From the IMG/VR virus record IMGVR_UViG_3300042691_008527, positions 9,888 through 73,887 of that record: a DNA stretch of 64,000 nt; one strand, given 5' to 3'. Shown here one piece after another: positions 9,001 through 17,072 of the stretch. The translations under genes were made by a program, and so were the position numbers. Source of the DNA: a virus. The first letter of the stretch is position 1. Every line of letters begins with the position of its first letter. The notes beneath the pieces are model-generated. The model had not been told where the DNA came from and did no database searches. It saw only the letters and a list, made by a program, of their open reading frames with translations.

Positions 9001-9240
9001 ATGTCTGAAGAAATTTTAACAAAGATTGTAGTTGATTGTTCTACTGGAGAACAAAAGGTGGTTCCTCTTACCCCAGCAGAAATTGCACAGAGGGATCAAG
9101 ATGCAGCTGCATTTGCAGAAGCAGAAGCTGCACGAAAAGCAGAGGAAGATAGAATTGCTGCTCTTAAAGAGTCAGCCAAAAAGAAACTAATTGCGGGAAC
9201 AAAGCTTACTGCTGAAGAAGCAGAAGTATTGGTAATTTAA
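9001..9240 (+). CDS. Putative fibre assembly chaperone
   Basis: AGGAGG SD; KIVVDCSTGEQ..PLT..EIAQR followed by a charged helix. Confidence 0.55.
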   Translation: MSEEILTKIVVDCSTGEQKVVPLTPAEIAQRDQDAAAFAEAEAARKAEEDRIAALKESAKKKLIAGTKLTAEEAEVLVI

Positions 9241-9250
9241 GGAGAATATA

Positions 9251-9634
9251 ATGGCACACTTTGCAGAAGTAGACGAAAATAATATTGTTACTCGTGTACT
9301 AGTTGTTGGAGATGATCAAGAGCATCGTGGACATGACTTTCTTGCTAATGACCTTGGTCTTGGCGGTACATGGATTAAAACTTCATACAATACATTAGCT
9401 GGACAACATACTAAGGGTGGAACACCACTTAGATATAATTATGCTGGTATTGGTTATACTTGGGATCCAGGGTTTGGTGAAGATGGAGCATTTATTCCAC
9501 CAAAGCCTTTTGATTCTTGGCTACTTGATAATAATACTGCAACATGGAATCCACCAGTTGCTTATCCAAATGATGGAAAGCTTTATAGTTGGAATGAAAA
9601 AGACGGTACTTGGGATGAGGTTGTAGCAGAGTAA
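9251..9634 (+). CDS. Putative chaperone/partner of Gly-rich adhesins
   Basis: MAHFAEVDENNIV..WIKTSYN..RYNYAGIGYTWD..FIPPKPF.SW..Y.W.E pattern. Confidence 0.6.
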   Translation: MAHFAEVDENNIVTRVLVVGDDQEHRGHDFLANDLGLGGTWIKTSYNTLAGQHTKGGTPLRYNYAGIGYTWDPGFGEDGAFIPPKPFDSWLLDNNTATWNPPVAYPNDGKLYSWNEKDGTWDEVVAE

Positions 9635-9996
9635 TGGCAACAGCATACAAGGTATTAGGACAAACTGGATCATCTGGAAATTTTGGTAATGGTGCACAAA
9701 CATTAACAGCTAATACAAATACAAATGTTTACACAGTTCCAGCAGCAACAGAAACAGTTGTTTCTACTATCACGGTATGCAATCAGGCATCTACTGCAGC
9801 TACTTTTAGAATTGCTGTAAGACCAGATGGTGCTGCTATTGCAACGCAACACTATCTTGCGTATGATACCCCAATTGCTGCAAACGATACTGTTGGCTTA
9901 ACACTTGGTATTACAATAAATGCTGCTGATATTATTACAGTTTATGCTTCTGCAGCAACAATGTCATTCTCAGTCTTCGGCTCTGAAACAACGTAA
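9634..9996 (+). CDS. Small beta-sandwich virion adaptor
   Basis: MATAYKVLGQ..YTVPA..STITVCN..SFSVFGSE; TAATG coupling. Confidence 0.6.
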   Translation: MATAYKVLGQTGSSGNFGNGAQTLTANTNTNVYTVPAATETVVSTITVCNQASTAATFRIAVRPDGAAIATQHYLAYDTPIAANDTVGLTLGITINAADIITVYASAATMSFSVFGSETT

Positions 9997-10008
9997 GGGG
10001 GTAGGCTA

Positions 10009-10596
10009 ATGTCAGTTAGCAGATTTTCCCAATCATCTTTACAAAATGGTTTTGAAAAATTTAATACCATTTGGGATGGAAAAACTGCTGTTGGCTCAAT
10101 GGAAGCCATCAGTTCTGTTACTTTGTCTAGTACTCTTGGATCTGTTAGCTTTAATAATATACCGCAAACATATCAACACTTAGAGCTTAGGACAATGGCT
10201 CTTGGAAGTAGCTCAAATCAGGATATTTTAATTAGATTTGGGTCTTCATCAACCATAGACTCAGGATCTAATTATTCTTGGCACGAACTTCGTGGAACTG
10301 GAACAAATCCTGTATCATCTACTGCAACTCCAAATGCATCTGCATTATATGTTTCATCTAATGCTATAGATTCAGCATTTCCAGATATTTCTATACTTAG
10401 TATTGTAGACTATTCAAATATAAATAAATATAAAACTCTCAGGGTTTTACGTGGTGGAGATAGAAATGGTAGCGGTACCATGGGTATCTTCAGTGGTAAT
10501 TGGAGAAGCTTTAATGCAATAGATAGTCTATTAATATATGTATCTGGTGGAAGCTTTAATGCAAATTCAACCTTTTCTTTATATGGGATTAAATAA
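10009..10596 (+). CDS. Cassette 1 subunit A (IPQTY beta domain with N-terminal peptide)
   Basis: F.NIPQTY.HL..R ... STFSLYGIK; paralog of 13339..13932. Confidence 0.7.
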   Translation: MSVSRFSQSSLQNGFEKFNTIWDGKTAVGSMEAISSVTLSSTLGSVSFNNIPQTYQHLELRTMALGSSSNQDILIRFGSSSTIDSGSNYSWHELRGTGTNPVSSTATPNASALYVSSNAIDSAFPDISILSIVDYSNINKYKTLRVLRGGDRNGSGTMGIFSGNWRSFNAIDSLLIYVSGGSFNANSTFSLYGIK

Positions 10597-11966
10597 TGCC
10601 TACATATACACCAATACAATCTATCACAACATCTTCAGTATCAACTGAGGTAAACTTTTCTAACATTCCTCAAACTTATCAAGATTTAGTTATTGTTGCT
10701 TCAATGAAAGGAACTACTGGCACTAACTCTGGAGTTGGTCTTCAGTTTAATGGAGACACCTCATCTCTATATTCGTTTACATATGCTCAGGGAACTGGAT
10801 CAGCAGCAGAAACTGCTAGATTGGCAAACTCATCTAGTATAAATGTTGGTCCAGGAAATGCTGGAATACCAACTGCAAGTAATACTTTTGGTCCATCTGT
10901 TTTTAGTATTCAAAACTATTCGAATACAACAACAAATAAAGCAGTTATGCATAGAGGAAACAATTCAGCCAATATGGTTGGTTTATTGACTGGACTATGG
11001 AGGTCAACCTCTGCAATAACAAGTATAAGATTATTCATTTATGCTGGAAATTTTGATTCTGGATGTACTTTTGATCTTTATGGAATATCGCCAGTTGCAG
11101 CACAAGCAACAAAAGCATCTGGTGGCACAGAGATATATTATGATTCAACATATGCTTACCACGTATTTAAGGGATCTGGAATTTTTACACCAAACCAATC
11201 ATTAAGTGCTGATATTTTAGTAATAGCTGGTGGAGGTGGAGGAGCTGGAGGAGGTGGAGGAGCTGGAGGACTTCTTGAATGGCAGTCTTGGCCCCTTACG
11301 GCACAAAGTTATCCTGTTGTGGTCGGTGCTGGAGGTCCTGGAGGAACAGATACCTTGCAGGGAGGAAATGGTCAAGACTCTCAATTTGGAACATTAGTTT
11401 TAGCAGGAACATATCCTCGTGGAGGTGGAGGTGGTGGTGCTATAACCACAAATCTTAGTGGTATTACTGGAGGTTCTGGAGGTGGAGGTGGGCCAGCAGA
11501 TCTAAGTGCTGGTTCTGGAGGAAGTGGTTTAGCTCCTGGACAAGGCAATTCTGGCGGTACGGCATTTCAAAGACAAGCAGGAAATGGCGGTGGCGGCGGT
11601 GGAGGTGGTTGTGGAAACCAACCTAGTGGAAGTGCTGGTGGTGTAGGAACTGGTGGAACTGCAACATCTGGTGCTGCTGGAAATGGAGGTAGAGGAGCAT
11701 TATATTACTCTTCATGGGGAGCCGTTACTAATACTGGACATAACGTAGGTGGAACATATTATTATTGTGGTGGTGGAGGCGGTGGATCAAACCTTGCAAC
11801 TCGTGGTACTGGTGGTCTTGGCGGTGGAGGAGATGGATATAAGCAAACAGGTCCAGTGCTTGGATCAAGTGGTATGACAAATACAGGAGGCGGTGGTGGC
11901 GCAGGATGGAACACTACTGGATATAATGGTGGTTCTGGTCTTGTAATTGTGAGGTATCCAAAATGA
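10596..11966 (+). CDS. Cassette 1 subunit B: IPQTY domain plus Gly-rich adhesin domain
   Basis: IPQTYQDL..IQNYSNTTTNK..LYGI then LVIAGGGGG..GGSGLVIVRY. Confidence 0.7.
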   Translation: MPTYTPIQSITTSSVSTEVNFSNIPQTYQDLVIVASMKGTTGTNSGVGLQFNGDTSSLYSFTYAQGTGSAAETARLANSSSINVGPGNAGIPTASNTFGPSVFSIQNYSNTTTNKAVMHRGNNSANMVGLLTGLWRSTSAITSIRLFIYAGNFDSGCTFDLYGISPVAAQATKASGGTEIYYDSTYAYHVFKGSGIFTPNQSLSADILVIAGGGGGAGGGGGAGGLLEWQSWPLTAQSYPVVVGAGGPGGTDTLQGGNGQDSQFGTLVLAGTYPRGGGGGGAITTNLSGITGGSGGGGGPADLSAGSGGSGLAPGQGNSGGTAFQRQAGNGGGGGGGGCGNQPSGSAGGVGTGGTATSGAAGNGGRGALYYSSWGAVTNTGHNVGGTYYYCGGGGGGSNLATRGTGGLGGGGDGYKQTGPVLGSSGMTNTGGGGGAGWNTTGYNGGSGLVIVRYPK

Positions 11967-13303
11967 GTATAGAAACAATGACAAAGCTTTCTTCATATAC
12001 GGTTGGTGTTGGAGGCATATCAGCTATTGATTTTATAAATATACCACAAGAATATACTGATCTTAAAATTGTTATAAGTGGAAGAACTGACGAATCAAGT
12101 GATCGCTCTGTTCCGTATGTTTATTTTAATAGTGATACTTCTGCAACAACAAACTATTCATATAGAAGGCTTTATGGTATAGCATCAATAGCTACAAGTT
12201 CTGACAATGGAGCAGGAGTTATTGGTGGATATATTTCTGGTGCAACTGCTACGGCAGGAGTATTTGGAAATTTAGAATTTTATATTCCTAATTATAGTCA
12301 ATATATGCAAAAAAGTATTACATCAGACGGAGTATCTGAAACTAACGCTTCTCCAGCAGGAATAGCCATAACAGCATCTTTATGGAATCAGGTAGCGCCA
12401 ATAACATCTATAAAAATATATGCTGGACTAAACACATCTATAAAGTTTGTTCAACATTCTACTGCTACATTATATGGAGTAAAAAATGCTCGTGCTACTG
12501 CAGGTAATTCAATAAAAGCAACAGGTGGATCAATTAGTTTTGATGGTACATATGTTTATCATACTTTTAATAATAGTGGTAGTTTTATACCTACAGCTGG
12601 ACTAACTATTGATTATTTAGTTGTTGCTGGCGGTGGGGGTGGAGCAAATGGCGGTGGTGGTGCAGGTGGTTTTAGAACATCTGCTGGAACTTCTGGTGCT
12701 AACTCTGCTTCAGAGTCAAAACTATCTTTATTTGCAAATACCCCATATACAGTTACAATTGGCGCAGGTGGAGCACCAGTTGCTTGGGCTAATAGCGGAA
12801 ATGATGGAAACAATTCTGCTTTTAGCACTATAAGTTCTTTAGGTGGTGGAGGTGGTGGTGGTCCAAATGCAGCTGGTAGAAATGGTGGTTCTGGCGGTGG
12901 AGCTGGAAATATTGCAGCGGGTGGTGCACCAGCTGCTGGAAATGGAACTGCTAATCAAGGCTTAGGCGGTGGTGGTGCAGTAAGTAATGGAAATAATCAA
13001 AGCGGAGGAGGTGGCGGCGGCGGAGCAAGTGTTGCTGGAGCTAGTTTTGGCTCTGGTGGTGCTGGTGGAGCTGGACTTGCTTCCACTATCAGTGGACGTT
13101 CTATAGTATATGCTGGTGGTGGCGGTGCAGCAAATATTGCTGGTGCTGGTGGTTCTGGTGGAGGTGGTGCTGGTGGTAGTGGTACTAATGGCGCTGGAAT
13201 AAATGGAACTGCTAATACTGGTGGTGGGGGTGGAGGCTCTATTTTTGGTACGCATGGTGCGGGTGGATCTGGAGTAGTAATTATTCGTTACTTAGCACAA
13301 TGA
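11963..13303 (+). CDS. Cassette 1 subunit C: IPQ domain plus Gly-rich adhesin domain
   Basis: VGVGG..IPQEYTDL..EFYIPNY..LYGV then YLVVAGGGGG..GGSGVVIIRY. Confidence 0.7.
   Translation: MSIETMTKLSSYTVGVGGISAIDFINIPQEYTDLKIVISGRTDESSDRSVPYVYFNSDTSATTNYSYRRLYGIASIATSSDNGAGVIGGYISGATATAGVFGNLEFYIPNYSQYMQKSITSDGVSETNASPAGIAITASLWNQVAPITSIKIYAGLNTSIKFVQHSTATLYGVKNARATAGNSIKATGGSISFDGTYVYHTFNNSGSFIPTAGLTIDYLVVAGGGGGANGGGGAGGFRTSAGTSGANSASESKLSLFANTPYTVTIGAGGAPVAWANSGNDGNNSAFSTISSLGGGGGGGPNAAGRNGGSGGGAGNIAAGGAPAAGNGTANQGLGGGGAVSNGNNQSGGGGGGGASVAGASFGSGGAGGAGLASTISGRSIVYAGGGGAANIAGAGGSGGGGAGGSGTNGAGINGTANTGGGGGGSIFGTHGAGGSGVVIIRYLAQ
13204..13236 (+). repeat. 33-nt exact direct repeat, copy 1
   Basis: TGGAACTGCTAATACTGGTGGTGGGGGTGGAGG, identical to 16519-16551. 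Confidence 0.9.
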
Positions 13304-13309
13304 TATAAT
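13301..13309 (+). promoter_or_regulatory. Extended -10 promoter (TGA-TATAAT) for cassette 2
   Basis: Overlaps stop codon of 11963..13303; upstream of AGGAG SD and GTG 13339. Confidence 0.6.
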
Positions 13310-13338
13310 AGACATGAAATACTTACTAGGAGAAAAAA

Positions 13339-13932
13339 GTGGCATTTAGAAATCTAAGCACATCAAGTATCTTCACTGGTGTTAAAACTAGTAAGCTATG
13401 GGATCAAACCACTTTTCCAGGTACTTTTGAAAGTATACAGACTGTTTATTTAGCTAGTGCTCAAAGTACTATTTCTTTTACTAATATACCCCAGACTTAT
13501 TCACATTTACAAATTAGAGTACTATCTCGTGACAATAGAGCAGCTACTGCTAATAGTGTTTTTTATCGTATTAATGGAGATACAGGTTCTAATTATTCCT
13601 ACCATATTCTTGCTGGAGATGGTTCAAATACTAGTGCTGGTGCAGCAAGTTCCACTACTTTTACTTATGGAATGATACAAACATCAGCCAGCACAACTTC
13701 TAATATATTTACCGCTGGTATTATAGATATACTTGATTATTCAAACACAAATAAAAATACTACAATTAGAACTCTTCAGGGTTATGATTCTAATGGTAGC
13801 GGTCATATAAGGTTAAATTCTGGTCTTTGGATGAATACTGCTGCTGTAACCTCATTTTTAATTTATGCTGATGCTAGCGCTAATTTTGTAGCAAATTCAC
13901 ATTTTGCGTTATATGGAATTAGGAGCGCATAA
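13339..13932 (+). CDS. Cassette 2 subunit A
   Basis: FTNIPQTYSHLQIR..DYSNTNKNTTIRTLQGYDSNGSG..FALYGI. Confidence 0.7.
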   Translation: MAFRNLSTSSIFTGVKTSKLWDQTTFPGTFESIQTVYLASAQSTISFTNIPQTYSHLQIRVLSRDNRAATANSVFYRINGDTGSNYSYHILAGDGSNTSAGAASSTTFTYGMIQTSASTTSNIFTAGIIDILDYSNTNKNTTIRTLQGYDSNGSGHIRLNSGLWMNTAAVTSFLIYADASANFVANSHFALYGIRSA

Positions 13933-15254
13933 TGCCAGCAGGAGAAACATATATAAAACTTAGGTCTACTACGCTGAGTAGCACTGCTTCATCTGTGGTT
14001 TTTTCTAACATCCCACAAACATTTACAGACCTTATCATAGTATTCAATGGAACTTTGAGTTCTGGAACAAGCGTTTATGGATTGCGATACAATTCAGATA
14101 GTTCAGGCCTTTATTCTTGGACTTCGCTTCGTGGTGATGGATCTGCCGCAAGTAGTGCAAGAGACACCAACTCTTCTCGAATTTTATGTGGATGGATTGG
14201 AACAAGTCAAGTAACTGAAATAATACAGATTCAAAATTATTCAAATAGCACAACGAATAAAACAAACATTACCCGCAACAATTCAACTGTTGCAAGCACT
14301 TATGTTTCCGCAAACGTTGGTCTATGGAGAAACACTGCTGCAATTACGTCTGTAACTTTATTGCCAGATAGCAGCACGTTTGCCTCTGGCTCTACCTTTA
14401 CGCTCTACGGCATAGCAGCATCTGCTTCACCACAAGCATCTGGTGGAACTATTACAACTGATGGAACATATTGGATACATACATTTACAAGTTCTGGAGT
14501 TTTTACCCCAATAAATGGTTTACAGGATGTTGACTATATGGTTCTTGCTGGTGGAGGCGGAGGAGCAGCAGGTGGTGGTGGTGCGGGGGGTTTACGCTCT
14601 ACTGTAACAGCTTCTGGAAGAGGGTCTTCAGTTGAGTCAAGAATAAATTTAAGCCCTGGATCTTATGTTGTAACTGTAGGGGCTGGCGGTAACGGTAACA
14701 ATTCTTATAGCGGTGGTGCTGCTACTAAAGCAGGTGACAATGGTAGTGATTCAGTATTTGCAAGCATTACATCTTTAGGCGGCGGCGGTGGTGGTTCTGC
14801 TGGAAATAATTCTTTCCCATATGTAGCAAAGAACGGTGGTTGTGGTGGTGGCGCCTCTTATTCATCAGGAACTGCAAATAGAGGTTTAGGAACAGCTGGA
14901 CAAGGATATGATGGTGGTGCAGATACTATTGATGCAGCACCTTACCCTGGTCCTGGCGGTGGTGGTACTGGTCAAGATGGTCAAAGTCCACCAAACTCAA
15001 GCACTGCTGGAGCTGGTGGTAATGGAACCGCAGTAGCTATAAGTGGTTCATCTGTAACTTATGGTGGCGGTGGCGGAGGCGGCGTTTATGGAGGTGGCAG
15101 CGGTGGTGCTGGAGGATCAGGTGGTGGAGGAAGTTTTAGTAATCCAGGAGGAAATGGAACAGTTAATCTTGGCGGAGGTGGAGGAGGTACAGTAAATAAT
15201 GCTGTTGGAGGTAATGGTGGAAGCGGTATTGTAATTGTGAGGTATCCACGATAA
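13932..15254 (+). CDS. Cassette 2 subunit B with Gly-rich domain
   Basis: IPQTFTDL..IQNYSNSTTNK..GSTFTLYGI then Gly-rich domain ending GGSGIVIVRY. Confidence 0.7.
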   Translation: MPAGETYIKLRSTTLSSTASSVVFSNIPQTFTDLIIVFNGTLSSGTSVYGLRYNSDSSGLYSWTSLRGDGSAASSARDTNSSRILCGWIGTSQVTEIIQIQNYSNSTTNKTNITRNNSTVASTYVSANVGLWRNTAAITSVTLLPDSSTFASGSTFTLYGIAASASPQASGGTITTDGTYWIHTFTSSGVFTPINGLQDVDYMVLAGGGGGAAGGGGAGGLRSTVTASGRGSSVESRINLSPGSYVVTVGAGGNGNNSYSGGAATKAGDNGSDSVFASITSLGGGGGGSAGNNSFPYVAKNGGCGGGASYSSGTANRGLGTAGQGYDGGADTIDAAPYPGPGGGGTGQDGQSPPNSSTAGAGGNGTAVAISGSSVTYGGGGGGGVYGGGSGGAGGSGGGGSFSNPGGNGTVNLGGGGGGTVNNAVGGNGGSGIVIVRYPR

Positions 15255-16624
15255 TGGCTAAAACATATAAAGCATTACAGACTGTTGTTGTAGGAGCAGG
15301 AGGTGCTGCAAGCATTAATTTTACAAACATTCCACAGAACTATGATGATCTTATTATAAAACATAGTCTTAGATCTAATCATGCACAAATTTATGAATAT
15401 TGTGGGGTAAGGTTTAATAGTAACAGTTCATCAATTTATAGTCTTAAAAATCTTCGTGGTAATGGCTCTACCGTAATTAGTCAAACTCTTACCAATCAGA
15501 CAAGATTTGAGTTTGAAATGGCGGAAGGAAATACAGCAACATCAAACACATTTAGTAATGGTGAGTTTTATATCCCAAATTATAGAGGAAGTGCAAATAA
15601 GTCTGTAAGTTCTGAATCGGTCCAAGAAACAAATGCCACCCTTGCTTATTCTGCTATGGATGCTGGAATCTGGGCAAGCACTGCAGCAATTACAGATATT
15701 CAAATTTTTCCTACTGTTGGAACTTTATGGAATCAATATTCTATGGCTACTCTCTATGGCGTAGGTGGTGCTCGTGCAACTGGTGGTACTATAACTGCTG
15801 ATGGATTATATACATATCATACTTTTACATCAAGTGGAGCTTTTATACCTCTTGAAAATATAGAAGGAATTGATTATCTTGTTGTTGCAGGTGGTGGAGG
15901 CGGAGCTGGATGGTACGGTGGCGGAGGTGGAGCTGGAGGTCTTAGATCTAGTAGAGTAAGAACTGGTGGTGGGGGATCAGTTCAAAATCAAATTAATGCT
16001 ATTGCTGGAACAACATATTCGGTAACTGTTGGTTCTGGAGGTGCATCTCAAACAAATGGAAATAACTCTATATTTGCTAATGTAATGTCTACTGGAGGAG
16101 GACGTGGTGGAAGCTATCAGTCTAATGCTCCTGGTGGTAACGGAGGTTCTGGAGGAGGTGGTGGTGCTGGTAATGCTGTAGGTGGTGTTTGGCTTCCAGG
16201 AGGAACTGGAACTGCAAATGAAGGATATGGCGGTGGTACTGGACATGCATCTAATGCTGGTGCTCCAGGAGGCGGTGGTGCAGGTGCTGCTGCTAGTAAT
16301 GCACCAGCTTCTCCAAATGGAACTGCTACAGATGGTGGCATAGGTGTTGAGCTTGCTGTTTTTGCTAATCCAACAGGAACTGGCTCTAATAATTATTATG
16401 CAGGTGGTGGAGGTGGTGGCTCTACTGTTGGCGGTGGTAATGGAGTATATGCTGGAGTTGGCGGTCTTGGTGGTGGAGGCGCTGGCTCTCTTGTTGCAAA
16501 CAGTGGAACTGGTGTGGCTGGAACTGCTAATACTGGTGGTGGGGGTGGAGGATCTGCCTACAATGTAAACTCTGGTGGAGCTGGTGGATCTGGTATAGTA
16601 ATTGTTAGATATCCAAACACTTGA
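15254..16624 (+). CDS. Cassette 2 subunit C with Gly-rich domain
   Basis: VGAGG..IPQNYDDL..EFYIPNY..LYGV then Gly-rich domain ending GGSGIVIVRY. Confidence 0.7.
   Translation: MAKTYKALQTVVVGAGGAASINFTNIPQNYDDLIIKHSLRSNHAQIYEYCGVRFNSNSSSIYSLKNLRGNGSTVISQTLTNQTRFEFEMAEGNTATSNTFSNGEFYIPNYRGSANKSVSSESVQETNATLAYSAMDAGIWASTAAITDIQIFPTVGTLWNQYSMATLYGVGGARATGGTITADGLYTYHTFTSSGAFIPLENIEGIDYLVVAGGGGGAGWYGGGGGAGGLRSSRVRTGGGGSVQNQINAIAGTTYSVTVGSGGASQTNGNNSIFANVMSTGGGRGGSYQSNAPGGNGGSGGGGGAGNAVGGVWLPGGTGTANEGYGGGTGHASNAGAPGGGGAGAAASNAPASPNGTATDGGIGVELAVFANPTGTGSNNYYAGGGGGGSTVGGGNGVYAGVGGLGGGGAGSLVANSGTGVAGTANTGGGGGGSAYNVNSGGAGGSGIVIVRYPNT
16519..16551 (+). repeat. 33-nt exact direct repeat, copy 2
   Basis: Identical to 13204-13236. 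Confidence 0.9.
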
Positions 16625-16649
16625 CAATAAATAATCTTAATGCTACAAT
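16621..16649 (+). promoter_or_regulatory. Consensus promoter TTGACA-17-TACAAT
   Basis: Has TG extension; upstream of AAGGAG SD and ATG 16671. Confidence 0.75.
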
Positions 16650-16670
16650 ATAGAAAACAAAGGAGAAATA

Positions 16671-16910
16671 ATGACAATTGATTTTGCATCAATGTTATCA
16701 AATGATCAAAAGCGACAACTTATTCTTAATCGTATTCAGCAGTTTGTTGCTGAGGGGTATCAATTAACTCTTAATAAACGTACCGCTGAAAGTCTGGGAT
16801 CTAATACACAAGTAGAGTCTACAGAAAAAGCAATTGCAGTTCTTGAAGAAGCAATTCGTGTTCATAAAGAAGAGCTTGATAAGATTCCATCTACTGAAGA
16901 ACAGGCATAG
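16671..16910 (+). CDS. Hypothetical helical protein (monocistronic)
   Basis: 79 aa, strong SD, own promoter and terminator. Confidence 0.7.
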   Translation: MTIDFASMLSNDQKRQLILNRIQQFVAEGYQLTLNKRTAESLGSNTQVESTEKAIAVLEEAIRVHKEELDKIPSTEEQA

Positions 16911-16934
16911 TTAGCACTTTAAAAAACTTATAGT

Positions 16935-16970
16935 CCTATACCTATACAAAAGGTATAGGCTTTAGTTTTT
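16935..16970 (+). terminator. Intrinsic terminator
   Basis: CCTATACCT / AGGTATAGG stem followed by CTTTAGTTTTT. Confidence 0.7.
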
Positions 16971-16974
16971 ACGT

Positions 16975-17003
16975 TTGCAACTTAATAAATAAAGTGATAT
17001 ACT
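16975..17003 (+). promoter_or_regulatory. Promoter TTGCAA-17-TATACT for nrdJ
   Basis: Near-consensus boxes with TG extension. Confidence 0.7.
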
Positions 17004-17072
17004 TAGGGAGTACTTGCAAAAAGTTCAAGTACTATCATTATAAATCTAAAATTTGAAAGGTAAGTGTTATAA

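Noticed and set aside
13314-13349. Possible upstream mini-ORF MKYLLGEKSGI
   Set aside because: ATG only 4 nt after the -10 box, probably upstream of the start site; no other support
10009-16624. Diversity-generating retroelement behind adhesin variation
   Set aside because: No reverse transcriptase in the window and no ~100-nt repeat pair differing only at adenines was seen; the rest of the genome is unexamined
71-16624. G-quadruplex or microsatellite function of GGT/GGA tracts
   Set aside because: Explained by poly-Gly coding; GGG runs are uncommon
471-16627. Alternative-frame and antisense ORFs over Gly-rich genes (e.g. 2177..2443, 12962..13255, 15977..16627)
   Set aside because: Shadows of GGN-rich codons giving V/E- or T/S/P-rich text; no SD or promoter support
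16911-17072. Cobalamin riboswitch or NrdR box before nrdJ
   Set aside because: Leader about 65 nt and lacks the recognisable motifs
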